This document shows, piece after piece, positions 8,566 to 18,817 of a stretch of 64,000 nucleotides of DNA. The stretch comes from Deferribacterales bacterium (GTDB lineage Bacteria; Chrysiogenota; Deferribacteres; Deferribacterales; Geovibrionaceae). The stretch is taken from NCBI GenBank assembly GCA_050251875.1, contig JBFWMA010000002.1, positions 160,001 through 224,000 of the forward strand, read 5' to 3'. Every line of letters begins with the position of its first letter. The stretch's first letter is position 1. Below the pieces are notes generated by a model. It made no database searches. It saw only the letters and a program-made list of their open reading frames with translations, and was not told the origin of the DNA. A program made the position numbers and the translations under genes.

Positions 8566-9318
8566 ATGTCTGTACTGGATAAAATATTAACCCACAAAAG
8601 AGAAGAGATAAAGACGCTGACCGTGCCTGATATGGAGCGTTCTAAACCGGTGCTGGATTTCAAAGCGTCTCTGACGGCAAAGCCCTTTATCTGCGAAGTA
8701 AAAAAAGCGTCTCCTACACTGGGCGACATCAACACAGGCGCTGACCCTGTGGAGGTGGCGGCAGGCTATGATAGGTTCGGGGCGGGAGCGGTGAGCGTTC
8801 TGACTGACGCCGAGTTTTTTAAAGGCAGTTTTCAGTTTTTGCGTGATGTTGCGCAGAAGATAAATATCCCTGTGCTGTGCAAAGACTTCATCATATCTGA
8901 GAAACAGATAGATGTAGCGTATATCTATGGGGCGGATGCCGTGCTTCTGATGGCTACAGCTCTTTCCGCTGAGGAATACGCCCGCCTGAACAGCTATGCC
9001 AGGTCAAAGGGGCTGGCGGTGCTGACGGAGATTCACGAGGCGGAGGAATATGAGATAGTGAGGGCGGAGAACCCCGACATAGTGGGAGTGAACGCCAGAA
9101 ATCTTAAGACGCTTAAAATAGATAAGGATAAGGCGGCTGAGATAATAGAAAAACTCCCCTCGAAGCACTTTAAGGTGGCGGAGAGCGGGATGGGGTGCGC
9201 CGCCGATGTGCGCCTGATGAAGGTGGCGGGAGCATCTGCCTTCCTCGTTGGTTCCAGCCTGATGTCCGCTGATGACCCTGAGGCTGTTTTTGCGGATATG
9301 AGCAGAGGGCTGAAATAA
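8566..9318 (+). CDS. trpC: Indole-3-glycerol phosphate synthase
   Basis: EVKKASP, SVLTD, KDFI, GVNARNL, AESG. Confidence 0.95.
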   Translation: MSVLDKILTHKREEIKTLTVPDMERSKPVLDFKASLTAKPFICEVKKASPTLGDINTGADPVEVAAGYDRFGAGAVSVLTDAEFFKGSFQFLRDVAQKINIPVLCKDFIISEKQIDVAYIYGADAVLLMATALSAEEYARLNSYARSKGLAVLTEIHEAEEYEIVRAENPDIVGVNARNLKTLKIDKDKAAEIIEKLPSKHFKVAESGMGCAADVRLMKVAGASAFLVGSSLMSADDPEAVFADMSRGLK

Positions 9319-9845
9319 TGTTCGTGAAGATATGCGGGATAAAAAACATAGAGACCGCCGAAAAGGTGATTGAGCTGGGCGGGGACTGCGTGGGTTTTGT
9401 GGCGCATAAAAAGAGCAAGAGATACATCACCCCGGAAGAGGCGGAAAAGATCGTGAGCGCCGTAAAAGGCAGAGCGGTCACCGTGGCGGTGGGTGTGTCA
9501 GCCGATGAGTGCGTGGATTACGGATTCTGCGACTATATTCAGGCGGATGACGCATGCCGTTCAGAGCGGGATATCCTCTGCGGATACGCTGAACCTGCTG
9601 GTATTTTTAAATATTTTTTATATGACAAAAGCAGGGGCGAGGGAGTTTTCTCTGAATATCCCGACTGGATAGAAGAATACAGAGACAGGCTGATTCTGGC
9701 TGGAGGTCTGACACCGGAGAACGTGGCGGACGTTGTGAAGCGATGGCGTCCTTTCGGTGTGGACGTTTCAAGCGGTGTGGAGACAGAAGGAATAAAAGAT
9801 TTTGAAAAGATAAAAAGATTCATATATGAGGCGAAAAATGGATAA
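9318..9845 (+). CDS. trpF: Phosphoribosylanthranilate isomerase
   Basis: [25 protein letters not shown]. Confidence 0.94.
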   Translation: MFVKICGIKNIETAEKVIELGGDCVGFVAHKKSKRYITPEEAEKIVSAVKGRAVTVAVGVSADECVDYGFCDYIQADDACRSERDILCGYAEPAGIFKYFLYDKSRGEGVFSEYPDWIEEYRDRLILAGGLTPENVADVVKRWRPFGVDVSSGVETEGIKDFEKIKRFIYEAKNG

Positions 9846-11004
9846 AAAGATGTTTTTCGGAAAATACGGCGGACAGTTCGTCCCCGAAACGCTGATACCC
9901 GCTCTGGATGAACTGGAGATGTGGTACAACAAACTGAAATATGACAAAAAATTCAACGAGGAGCTGAACGCTCTGTTCACATCCTATGCCGGAAGACCCA
10001 CTCCGGTGTATAAGGCGGAAAATCTGTCGAAAGAGCTGGGGTGCGAGCTTTATCTGAAGCGTGAGGATCTGATGCACACAGGCGCTCACAAGGTGAACAA
10101 CACTCTGGGGCAGGCTCTGGTTACGAAATATATGGGTAAAAAACGCGTGATAGCCGAGACCGGAGCCGGACAGCACGGTGTGGCAACAGCCACCGCGGCG
10201 GCGCTTTTCGGCATGGAGTGCACGGTATTCATGGGCGAGGTGGACGCCAGACGTCAGGAGCCCAATGTTAAGCGTATGCAGCTTCTGGGCGCTGAGGTTG
10301 TGCGTGTTCAGGACGGACAGCGCACGCTGAAAGACGCTACAAACGCCGCTCTGCGTGAGTGGGTTGCCAGCGTTGAGACCACGCACTATATCATCGGAAG
10401 CATTGTGGGTCCTTATCCTTTTCCGGAGATGGTGGCATATTTTCAGTCTGTCATAGGAAAAGAGGCTAAGGTTCAGTGCAAGGAGCTGGGGTTCGATCCG
10501 GACTGCGTTGTGGCCTGCGTTGGCGGCGGAAGCAACGCTATAGGCATCTTTCAAGGATTTCTGGGCAATGAAAATATAGAGATTTTCGGCGTGGAGGCGG
10601 GCGGTGTGTCCGACAGAGACGGCGAGCATGCCAGAACCATAGGAATGGGCAAACCGGGGATACTCCACGGAGCTTTTTCATATCTGGTGCAGACACCCCA
10701 GTATCAGGTGGCGGACGTACACTCTATTTCGGCGGGGCTGGACTATCCGGGTATCGGACCTGTGCATGCCATGCTGAATGATTCCGGCAGGGTCACATAC
10801 GGATATGTCAGAGATGACGAGGCGCTGAACGCTTTTCAGACGCTCACCAGAAAAGAGGGAATAATCCCCGCTCTGGAATCGAGCCACGCTCTGGCGTATG
10901 TGATAGAGAATAAAGAAATTTTCAAAGGGAAAAAAGTCCTGGTAAATCTGTCCGGCAGAGGCGACAAGGACATGGAAGCCATTCTCGCAAGGGGGCTGGT
11001 ATGA
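9838..11004 (+). CDS. trpB: Tryptophan synthase beta chain
   Basis: [49 protein letters not shown]. Confidence 0.97.
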   Translation: MDKKMFFGKYGGQFVPETLIPALDELEMWYNKLKYDKKFNEELNALFTSYAGRPTPVYKAENLSKELGCELYLKREDLMHTGAHKVNNTLGQALVTKYMGKKRVIAETGAGQHGVATATAAALFGMECTVFMGEVDARRQEPNVKRMQLLGAEVVRVQDGQRTLKDATNAALREWVASVETTHYIIGSIVGPYPFPEMVAYFQSVIGKEAKVQCKELGFDPDCVVACVGGGSNAIGIFQGFLGNENIEIFGVEAGGVSDRDGEHARTIGMGKPGILHGAFSYLVQTPQYQVADVHSISAGLDYPGIGPVHAMLNDSGRVTYGYVRDDEALNAFQTLTRKEGIIPALESSHALAYVIENKEIFKGKKVLVNLSGRGDKDMEAILARGLV

Positions 11005-11699
11005 GAGGATTTTACATAGTCGGCGGATATCCCGACAGACAGCAGTTCAAAAAATGCCTGAGGCTCATCGCCGAATCGGGATTTGAATTTGTGGAGATAG
11101 GCATCCCCTTCAGCGAGCCTGTGGCTGACGGACCTGTGATAGCGTCCGCAATCCACGAGGCAGTGATGAGCGGTGTGGACATCGATGCCATCATGGCGGA
11201 TGTCAGAGAGATGAAGGCGGAGTTTCCGGCTGTCAAGGCTATCGTGATGACCTATGCCAATATCATCCACGGATACGGCGAAAAACGTTTTTCCGATGAT
11301 TTCAGAGATATTTTAAGCGGAGTAATCATTCCCGATCTGCCCACCAGAATGCACTACTGGATGACGGAGAAAGGACTCGATATCCCGATAGTTCCCTTCG
11401 TGACACCCGTGTCCAGAGATGAGGACATAGAGACCATAAAGGACACCAAAGCTCCTTTCGTTTACTATATAAGCATTATGGGCGTGACAGGATCGAACAA
11501 AGAGAAGAGGGCGGACGACAGACCAGACAAGGCGGCGAAGCTGACCGGAAAAACTGTTGTCACCGGATTCGGGATAAAAACGCCTGATGACGCTAAAAAG
11601 GCTCTGGATGCCACCGGAGGATATATCATCGGCACAGAGGCTGTGAAAAGGCAGAAGGATTATGCTGACTTTTCTCAGTACATAAAGCAGTTTGCGTGA
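11001..11699 (+). CDS. trpA: Tryptophan synthase alpha chain
   Basis: [29 protein letters not shown]; last gene of operon. Confidence 0.94.
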   Translation: MRGFYIVGGYPDRQQFKKCLRLIAESGFEFVEIGIPFSEPVADGPVIASAIHEAVMSGVDIDAIMADVREMKAEFPAVKAIVMTYANIIHGYGEKRFSDDFRDILSGVIIPDLPTRMHYWMTEKGLDIPIVPFVTPVSRDEDIETIKDTKAPFVYYISIMGVTGSNKEKRADDRPDKAAKLTGKTVVTGFGIKTPDDAKKALDATGGYIIGTEAVKRQKDYADFSQYIKQFA

Positions 11700-11809
11700 G
11701 AATTGTTTATCAGCAGAATTAATGTTTTAAGTTATTCTATCTTTTTATGAACAGAATGTATTATCAGTAAGCTATAGAGACCTTCAGAATGATTTATTCG
11801 GAGGTCTCT

Positions 11810-13123
11810 ATGAAGTTTTCCAGAAGAGAGGTTTTGAGAACCAGTCTGGTTCTGGGCACAGGTCTTTCCCTCGGTCTGACGGGATGCGGAGGCTCGGGAG
11901 GAGACGGATCGGCTAAGACCGCGTCACGTTTCGCTGTTCTTTCTGATCCCCACGTTTATGACACATCACTGGGCACATCCGGCTCAGCTTTTGAGGATTA
12001 TCTGGCGCATGACCGCAAGATGCTCGCCGAGAGTGTCGAGATTATGGAAGCCATGGTGGACGAGATAATCGCCGCCGGTGTGGATTTTGTACTGATCTGC
12101 GGCGACCTCACAAAAGACGGGGAGAAAGTGTCCCATCTGAAGATGGTGTCTATGCTGAACCGGTTTATCGGAGCGGGCATAGGCGTGTATGTGATCCCCG
12201 GCAACCACGATATAAACAACCCTCACGCCATGTCGTTCAACGGCAGCTCGTCCTCATCTGTGGACAGTGTTACGCCGTCTGTATTCGAGAACATTTACGA
12301 AGACTGCGGGTATTCGAAATGCATAGCCAGAGACCCGAATTCTCTCAGCTATATAGCGGAGCCTGTCATCGGTGTGTGGCTCTTTGCCATCGATTCCTGC
12401 AAATATGACAACAACACCACATCTCCCGACACCACAGGAGAGATAGGCGCAGAGACCCTCACATGGATACTGGGATATATGGCTAAGGCGCAGGCAAGAG
12501 GCAAAAAGGTCATGGGGATGATGCATCACGGCATAATACCTCATTTCGCCGCCCAGACAACGTTCTTTCCCGAATATGTAGTGGATGAGTATCTGACCGT
12601 GGGCGGAGCGCTCGCCAATGCCGGGCTGAAGATCATGTTCACAGGACATTTTCATGCTCAGGATATCATCAAGTCCACATACTCCAACGGATTTCTCTAT
12701 GACGTGGAGACCGGATCAGGCGTTACCGCTCCCAGTCCATACAGGGTAATCGATCTGGATATTGTTACAGAGACTTACGATATCGCCAGCTATGAGATTC
12801 ACTCTATCCCTTCCAAGGCTGATTTCGATACTTATAAAGAGGATTTTGTAGAGCAGGGTATGCTGGAACTTTATACGGATATTCTGCCGTCATACGGCAT
12901 CGATCCGGCTGTGGCTCCGGCAGCCGCAGAGATTCATGTGGCTCACTATAAAGGTGACGAGCCGGGATACACAAGCATGAGCGCCACAACTCAGGGGATT
13001 ATAACGGCTCTTCTGGGCGGGGGCGCAGGCGAGGTGGCTCTGGCATATGCTCTGATAGATTTTGCCAAGGACAACATGGCAACAACGCTGGTGGCAGACA
13101 ACAACATTACATTGTCGCTATAA
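11810..13123 (+). CDS. Calcineurin-like metallophosphoesterase, putative Tat-exported lipoprotein
   Basis: SRREVL twin-Arg, LTGC lipobox; SDPH, GDLT, PGNHD, GHFH motifs; GGAGG before ATG 11810. Confidence 0.85.
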   Translation: MKFSRREVLRTSLVLGTGLSLGLTGCGGSGGDGSAKTASRFAVLSDPHVYDTSLGTSGSAFEDYLAHDRKMLAESVEIMEAMVDEIIAAGVDFVLICGDLTKDGEKVSHLKMVSMLNRFIGAGIGVYVIPGNHDINNPHAMSFNGSSSSSVDSVTPSVFENIYEDCGYSKCIARDPNSLSYIAEPVIGVWLFAIDSCKYDNNTTSPDTTGEIGAETLTWILGYMAKAQARGKKVMGMMHHGIIPHFAAQTTFFPEYVVDEYLTVGGALANAGLKIMFTGHFHAQDIIKSTYSNGFLYDVETGSGVTAPSPYRVIDLDIVTETYDIASYEIHSIPSKADFDTYKEDFVEQGMLELYTDILPSYGIDPAVAPAAAEIHVAHYKGDEPGYTSMSATTQGIITALLGGGAGEVALAYALIDFAKDNMATTLVADNNITLSL

Positions 13124-13126
13124 ACA

Positions 13127-13156
13127 AAAAAAGGTCACTGAAAAGTGACCTTTTTT
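13127..13156. terminator. Bidirectional intrinsic terminator
   Basis: AAAAAAGGTCACT-GAAA-AGTGACCTTTTTT between convergent genes. Confidence 0.9.
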
Positions 13157-13157
13157 A

Positions 13158-13622
13158 CTATTCCAGCTCAATTTTCTTGATATCCGGGTCAAGCGAGTTG
13201 ATAATCTTGTCCAGCGTTTCGAGGATGCTTTTCAGATCCTCGGGAGTCAGCTTGTTTTTGTCAAAAAAACAGTCGTTGTCCATTTTCTTTGTCAGCTGAG
13301 CTGTGTAGCTGATCCCTTCCTCGGTCGCTTCCAGATAGATGGTGCGTCTGTCGGTCTCGGTCTTTGTCCTTTTGACAAGACCTTTTGCCTCCAGCCTGTC
13401 TACAATGCCTGTGAGGGCGCTGTTGTTCAGATTGACAGATTTTGTCAGCTCTGTCAGGTTCAGAGACTTGCGGTTAGTTATCTCATGAAGGCACAGCATC
13501 TGCGGAAGAGTTACATTATACTGCTTGTCGAGGTGCTTGGAATACTTGTCCAGAAAGCGTGACAGCTTTCTGATCTGTACGATAGTTTGCATGCAGGTAT
13601 TCTTGTTCATATTACCCACCAT
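13158..13622 (-). CDS. MarR-family transcriptional regulator
   Basis: wHTH with LTGIVDRLEAKGLVKR...DRR..LEATEEG. Confidence 0.9.
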   Translation of the reverse strand: MVGNMNKNTCMQTIVQIRKLSRFLDKYSKHLDKQYNVTLPQMLCLHEITNRKSLNLTELTKSVNLNNSALTGIVDRLEAKGLVKRTKTETDRRTIYLEATEEGISYTAQLTKKMDNDCFFDKNKLTPEDLKSILETLDKIINSLDPDIKKIELE

Positions 13623-13725
13623 AAAAGATGCAGAATAATAGATGAAATTTGAGCGAAAATCAATGGGGACTATTCGTAAATAGCCTTAAAATTAAAAAAA
13701 ATTTGATAAAGAAATGAAACGCGGA

Positions 13726-14136
13726 CTATTGACAGTCCGAACATTTGCCGTATGTAGTGATCTTGCATCCTATAATATTCCTGCCTGAAAGTGAAGAAAT
13801 TTTTTCCTCAAATTCGGCAGTCTCAATCATAAGATCCTCTACCTTTCCGCATTGTTCGCAGATGTGGTGGATGTGCGGGCGTATATTTATCTCGTACATA
13901 GTTTTTTTGCCTTCTATGCCCAGCTCGCTGACCATCCCGGCGTCTATCATGGCGTGGATGTTTTTATACACTGTCGCCAGAGAGAGAGAGGTGATCTTTT
14001 TCTTCAGGCGGGCGTAGAGGGTGTCTATGTCGATGTGCCCCGCATCGATAATTTCCGAGCAGATGAGCAGTCTTTGCGCAGTGGCTCTCAGCCCGTGCGA
14101 CCTCAGCATGTGTTCCAGATTATATGACTTGTTCAT
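13726..14136 (-). CDS. Fur-family regulator (PerR-like)
   Basis: GLRATAQR, SLATVYK, HIHHICEQC, CSDC. Confidence 0.9.
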   Translation of the reverse strand: MNKSYNLEHMLRSHGLRATAQRLLICSEIIDAGHIDIDTLYARLKKKITSLSLATVYKNIHAMIDAGMVSELGIEGKKTMYEINIRPHIHHICEQCGKVEDLMIETAEFEEKISSLSGRNIIGCKITTYGKCSDCQ

Positions 14137-14141
14137 ACTGA

Positions 14142-14170
14142 ATAATATGAAATCAGACCAAATTTGTCAA
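14142..14170 (-). promoter_or_regulatory. Near-consensus sigma70 promoter of Fur/PerR gene
   Basis: Minus strand TTGACA (14170-14165), 17 nt, TATTAT (14147-14142). Confidence 0.75.
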
Positions 14171-14200
14171 CTATAAAATAACGTGATGCCATAAATGCGC

Positions 14201-15166
14201 CTACTTGATAAAACCTTTTTCTTTCCAGAACCTTAATGCTCCGGGATGAAAAGGTGTGGTTATATTCATCATCATTTCTTTAGACATCATATTCTTAGCG
14301 GAGCTGTGCTGTGAGTATAGGTATTTCACGCTCTCGTCTGAATATATTTTTTTCAGGATGAAGTAGACATCTTCATCCGGCACTTTATTGTTTGCTACCA
14401 GAATAGCGGCTCCTGAAAGTGTGTTGACTGATTTTGTTATGGTGCTGTATGTGTCTGCCGGAATGGTGAATGTTCTGATAAAGGGGTATCTCTCCGTGAG
14501 CCTGTGAATCTCTATGTCACGGGACAGATCGAGAAGACGGATATTTTTGGTTTCCTCGGCTTCTGCGACTGTGGCGTTCGGCGCTCCGGCATATATCCAT
14601 AGGGCGTCTATCAGTTTGTTGTTGAAAGCTCCCAGAGCGTTTCTGTAGCCTATATAATATTTTGTGACACCGCTCCATACTCCTGCGGCGGAGAGCAGTC
14701 TTTCTGCATTGGACGCTGAGCCGGAGCCTATCCCGCCCACTGCCACACGTTTTCCTTTCAGGTCGTTCAGGGTGTATATTCCGGAATCTTTTCTGACGAT
14801 GATCTGCACAGGGGCATAGTAGAGAAAACCGATATAGCGAACGTTCTTATATCTGAAATTATCGCCGCGCAGCTCACCTTTGTTCGCCTGATATACATCC
14901 TCAGTATATACAATTCCAAACTCGGCGGCTCCGCTGTCTACCATTCTGATGTTGTCGATGGAACCTTTGGACGCAACGGCTGTGATTTTTACATCGTCTT
15001 TTTTCAGAATGTTGGAGATGGCGTTGGCATAGAACATGAAAGTTCCGCCTGACGGTCCTCCGCAAAAAATGTGCTCGTATTTTCCGGCATGAGCGACTGC
15101 GTTAGATAAGAAGGCAGATATAAACAATAGTGTAATAAAATAATGCTTCATGAGAGATGCTAGCAT
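14201..15166 (-). CDS. TAXI-family TRAP solute-binding protein (no adjacent permease)
   Basis: GGPSGGTF, SKGSIDNI, DLKGKRVAVG, PFHPGALRFW; signal peptide. Confidence 0.88.
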   Translation of the reverse strand: MLASLMKHYFITLLFISAFLSNAVAHAGKYEHIFCGGPSGGTFMFYANAISNILKKDDVKITAVASKGSIDNIRMVDSGAAEFGIVYTEDVYQANKGELRGDNFRYKNVRYIGFLYYAPVQIIVRKDSGIYTLNDLKGKRVAVGGIGSGSASNAERLLSAAGVWSGVTKYYIGYRNALGAFNNKLIDALWIYAGAPNATVAEAEETKNIRLLDLSRDIEIHRLTERYPFIRTFTIPADTYSTITKSVNTLSGAAILVANNKVPDEDVYFILKKIYSDESVKYLYSQHSSAKNMMSKEMMMNITTPFHPGALRFWKEKGFIK

Positions 15167-15225
15167 TTCAGAGTTATAAAATCAAGAATAGTAATTATAA
15201 TTGGAGAAAAAATCTTACAGATTAA

Positions 15226-15978
15226 TTATCTGTCAGTATTGAAAAATAGACAAAACTTATCCATGAGTTTTGATACACATTTATAATTGTCTATATATGT
15301 CTCAGCACAGTGAAGCATTATTCTCTCAGCCTCTTGTCCACCGTATGCCGTGTCGCCTGAAATTGGATATCCGAGATGCGCTAAAGTCGCTCTGATCTGG
15401 TGTCTGGAGGCTGTGACTATTTCTGCTCTGACCAGCGAGAGTGTCCCTCTCACCGCCACGGGGGAGAATATGGTCAAGTTTCCACCATGATCGCCTATGA
15501 TTCTAACGTGTTTTCTGTGTGATGAGTCTATCAGCAGATCGCATGTCACGCTTTTTTCAAATACGCCGTCCACCACGGCGAGATATATCTTTTTGATATT
15601 TTTCGGGGTATATCCGTTTCTGACAGCCGCCATCACGCCGTCCGTGGAATAATCCAGTCTGGAAATCAGGGAATAATCCGGAAAAAACTTAGAAACTATA
15701 TCCTGCATAGTCACCGGATCGTCCAGCCTGTGGCGTTCGGAATGCATGAAGACGGGCTTATCAAAGAAGACCACATCGTCATACGCCGCAATAAGATAGT
15801 CGGCGGGATCGGGAATATTTTCTGTCAGGTTTTTGTTAAGCGTCAGCTCGCCCTCAGAAGCCTCTGAGTCCTTTTTCACACGAGCACCGTCCAGAAAAAC
15901 AGCGCCTTCATGGATATATTCCTTTGCACTTCTGACGGATATATTGTATTTTTCTGCTAACTTTTTAGAAAATTTCAT
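15226..15978 (-). CDS. RluA-family pseudouridine synthase with S4-like N-terminus
   Basis: FDKP, SRLDYSTDG (catalytic Asp), KIYLAVV, RHQIRA..GYPISGDTAYG, MLHC; start uncertain. Confidence 0.85.
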   Translation of the reverse strand: MKFSKKLAEKYNISVRSAKEYIHEGAVFLDGARVKKDSEASEGELTLNKNLTENIPDPADYLIAAYDDVVFFDKPVFMHSERHRLDDPVTMQDIVSKFFPDYSLISRLDYSTDGVMAAVRNGYTPKNIKKIYLAVVDGVFEKSVTCDLLIDSSHRKHVRIIGDHGGNLTIFSPVAVRGTLSLVRAEIVTASRHQIRATLAHLGYPISGDTAYGGQEAERIMLHCAETYIDNYKCVSKLMDKFCLFFNTDR

Positions 15979-16034
15979 ATATCTTAATCGCACAGGCTAT
16001 ATTTTTTTTCAAGATTTATGATATAAGGACTGTT

Positions 16035-16814
16035 ATGTACGAATACAGATTTAAACAACTTTCCGATGATTCCGTTCTGGCTCTCGAAGACAGAGGGCTC
16101 TATCCCATAGAAGAAGATTTTAAAGGTCAGGACATCTGCTTCGTGGTCTATTATGAAGACGGGCTGGAGGATATCATTCCTGACGAGTGGTTTTCCAAGG
16201 TAGAGGTGCAGGACACCGGGTGGGACACCAAATGGAAGGAATTTATCAAACCGGGCAACCTGACAGACTCTCTGAAATATATTTTCGATACGGACGGCGT
16301 TTCCGATGAAAACACCATCATCATAAATCCGGCGATGGCTTTCGGCACCGGTACACACGCAACGACCAGATGTGCCGCCAGACTTGCTGAGCCGATAGTC
16401 AGTGGAAAAACAGTGGCTGACGTGGGCTGCGGCAGCGGCATACTCGCCATAGCCGCCGCGAAGAGGGGCGCCACAAATCTATATGCTTTCGACATCGATC
16501 CGGACGCTCTGGGCAACACCATAGAAAATATCGAGCTGAACCGCTGTAACAATATCAAGGCGTGGACAGGGGGCATAGAGAGCCTCGGGGTGAAGACGGA
16601 TGTGGTGATAGCCAACATCATCACCAGTGTGCTGAAGATGATACATCCGAGCGTTCTTGATATCAGACCGGAGTATATTGTCTATTCAGGCATACTTCAG
16701 GAAGAATACGAAGAATTTATGAAAGAGATAGATATAAACGACTATGAAATTGTGAATACCGCTCAGGAGGCTGAGTGGTGCGGAGTGCTTCTGAAATGCC
16801 GTTCACAGCGGTAA
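16035..16814 (+). CDS. prmA: Ribosomal protein L11 methyltransferase
   Basis: INPAMAFGTGTHATT, DVGCGSGIL, VIANI, SGIL. Confidence 0.93.
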   Translation: MYEYRFKQLSDDSVLALEDRGLYPIEEDFKGQDICFVVYYEDGLEDIIPDEWFSKVEVQDTGWDTKWKEFIKPGNLTDSLKYIFDTDGVSDENTIIINPAMAFGTGTHATTRCAARLAEPIVSGKTVADVGCGSGILAIAAAKRGATNLYAFDIDPDALGNTIENIELNRCNNIKAWTGGIESLGVKTDVVIANIITSVLKMIHPSVLDIRPEYIVYSGILQEEYEEFMKEIDINDYEIVNTAQEAEWCGVLLKCRSQR

Positions 16815-17566
16815 TCGGGGATGTGCACGGATGCGTGCGCACTCTGGACAGACTCATAGACAGGATTGAATCAAGATTCAGCGATGTCAGCTACATCTCT
16901 CTGGGAGATATAGTGGACAGGGGGCTTCATTCCATGGAAGTCACCCGAATCTTCATGGAGCTTCAGAAGCAGGACAGATTCCGCATGCTGAAAGGCAACC
17001 ACGAAGACATGATGATGGACTATGCCTCGTTCACTATGGCATATCCGGAAAATTCTTGGTTTGCCACCGGGGGAAAACTGACTATATCATCCTTTTCCGG
17101 TCACGCTCTGGACAACCCGCTGACTCTGAAAACCATCAGAAATGTCGATTTTCTGCCTTATCTGGAGCCTTATCTCGACTTTTTTCACAGCGCCGAGAAT
17201 TACTTCGGCTATGACTATCCCATGAACAAATTTCTCTTCTCCCATGCCGGTCTCGGACCGTCCGGCGGCAAGGCGGGCGGAGTGAACGAATACAGCTACC
17301 GCAAAGATTACCTCTATTTCTGGAGCCGTGACACAGACAAAAGCACCAGAAAACATTTCGGATATTCTCAGGTTCACGGGCACACCCCCGTAAAGAAGGT
17401 GGATGCCCAGCACAACCCCAGAATGCCCTATGTGAACCGTAACAAGTCAGGTGAGCTCGTCAGCGTTAATCTGGATACCGGATGCGTTTACGGCTATGCT
17501 TTGAGCTCTATGGTTATTGACGATCAGGGGCATTTTGAGTTTCTGAGCGAGAGGTGCATGGATTGA
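16796..17566 (+). CDS. PPP/ApaH-like metallophosphoesterase
   Basis: GDVHG, GDIVDRG, GNHE, HAG, HGHTP, DTGCVYG. Confidence 0.88.
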   Translation: MPFTAVIGDVHGCVRTLDRLIDRIESRFSDVSYISLGDIVDRGLHSMEVTRIFMELQKQDRFRMLKGNHEDMMMDYASFTMAYPENSWFATGGKLTISSFSGHALDNPLTLKTIRNVDFLPYLEPYLDFFHSAENYFGYDYPMNKFLFSHAGLGPSGGKAGGVNEYSYRKDYLYFWSRDTDKSTRKHFGYSQVHGHTPVKKVDAQHNPRMPYVNRNKSGELVSVNLDTGCVYGYALSSMVIDDQGHFEFLSERCMD

Positions 17567-18249
17567 AACGGATATTTTATGAAGGACGAATAGACGGTTT
17601 TTTTCAGCTTGAGGGCGACTATTTTCATTATCTGAAAAACGTTGTCAGGGCAAAAGAGGGCGATGTGTTCGAGGTGCTGACACAGGATAAGCTGGCGGTA
17701 TGCTCTATAAAAGAGCTGGGCAAGCGCCACGCTCTGATCTCCGCCGACTCAGTGAGAGACACGGTGAAGCACGGCTACAGGCTGAAGGTTTATCAGTGTC
17801 TGCTGAAGCGTGAGTACATGGATTTTGCCGTGGAAAAATACAGCGAGCTGGGAGCCACGGAGATAGTTCCCGTCATCAGCCACAGAAGCCTGAACGAGCT
17901 GAAGGACAAGACAAAAGACAGATTTATGGATATAGCCGTGAAGGCAGTTTTGCAGTCGGAGAACGAACAGCTTCCCCTCATCGGCGACAGCATAAAGATC
18001 GAGGACGTTTCGGCGGACATGGAGAAGAACATTATTTTCTATGAGCGCTGCGAACATAAAAGCATGCCTGAAATATCAAAGAATATGAGCATGATAATAG
18101 GTCCTGAGGGCGGGTTCACCGATGAGGAATACGCTTTGCTCGTTTCCAAAGGTTTTTCACCCGTGCGCCCCATAGACCAGATACTGAAGGCGGAGACCGC
18201 CAGCGTTGTTTTCACCGGGCTGGTGCGGATGATGCAGGATAATCTATGA
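17554..18249 (+). CDS. rsmE: 16S rRNA m3U1498 methyltransferase
   Basis: HYLKNVVR, EKYSELG, IGPEGGF, ILKAETA; follows prmA; start uncertain (TTG 17563 possible). Confidence 0.9.
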   Translation: MHGLKRIFYEGRIDGFFQLEGDYFHYLKNVVRAKEGDVFEVLTQDKLAVCSIKELGKRHALISADSVRDTVKHGYRLKVYQCLLKREYMDFAVEKYSELGATEIVPVISHRSLNELKDKTKDRFMDIAVKAVLQSENEQLPLIGDSIKIEDVSADMEKNIIFYERCEHKSMPEISKNMSMIIGPEGGFTDEEYALLVSKGFSPVRPIDQILKAETASVVFTGLVRMMQDNL

Positions 18250-18719
18250 CAGAGTTTTCTGAGACTGATAAAGAGTTTATGAGGCTCGCCATCGAACAGG
18301 CAAAGATAGCCGAATCAGAAGGCGAGGTGCCCATAGGCGCTGTGGTGGTGTGCAACGGCGAGGTGATCGGCAGAGGGTACAACACCAAGAACAGCGGAAA
18401 GTCTGCTCTGCACCACGCCGAGATAAAAGCCATTGAGGACGCATCATCAAAGATAGGCGACTGGAGGCTGGACGAATGCAGTCTGTATGTCACTCTGGAA
18501 CCCTGCCTGATGTGTTCCGGAGCTATCATCCACGCCAGAATCAGAAACGTATTTTTCGGAGCGGCAGAACCGAAATTCGGCGGTGTGGTTTCGCTGGCGC
18601 ATACTTTCGATATAGAAGGGCTGAACCACAGGGTCTGCTATCTGGGCGGGCTTTATGTGGACGAGATTCAGACTATGATGAAAGATTTCTTTAAGGCTAT
18701 AAGAGAAAAGAAGAAATAG
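18246..18719 (+). CDS. tadA: tRNA adenosine(34) deaminase
   Basis: EVPIGAV, HAE, TLEPCLMC, MKDFFKAIR. Confidence 0.92.
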   Translation: MTEFSETDKEFMRLAIEQAKIAESEGEVPIGAVVVCNGEVIGRGYNTKNSGKSALHHAEIKAIEDASSKIGDWRLDECSLYVTLEPCLMCSGAIIHARIRNVFFGAAEPKFGGVVSLAHTFDIEGLNHRVCYLGGLYVDEIQTMMKDFFKAIREKKK

Positions 18720-18723
18720 TTCC

Positions 18724-18809
18724 CGTCACTGCGAGCCAATAAAATTGGCGTGGCAGTCTCACTTATTGGGCTAAATGTTTGAGATTGCTTCGTTTCACTC
18801 GCAATGACG
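18724..18809. repeat. CGTC-type REP-like doublet (inverted pair)
   Basis: CGTCACTGCGAG...GCGTGGCAGTCTC paired with GAGATTGCTTCG...CTCGCAATGACG; related copy at 27864-27953. Confidence 0.75.
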
Positions 18810-18817
18810 TATATTGG

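Noticed and set aside
9820..10668. 282-aa antisense ORF over trpB (also 37336-37968, 23892-24638, 62203-62931 and similar)
   Set aside because: Shadow frames of well-supported genes with no recognisable motifs.
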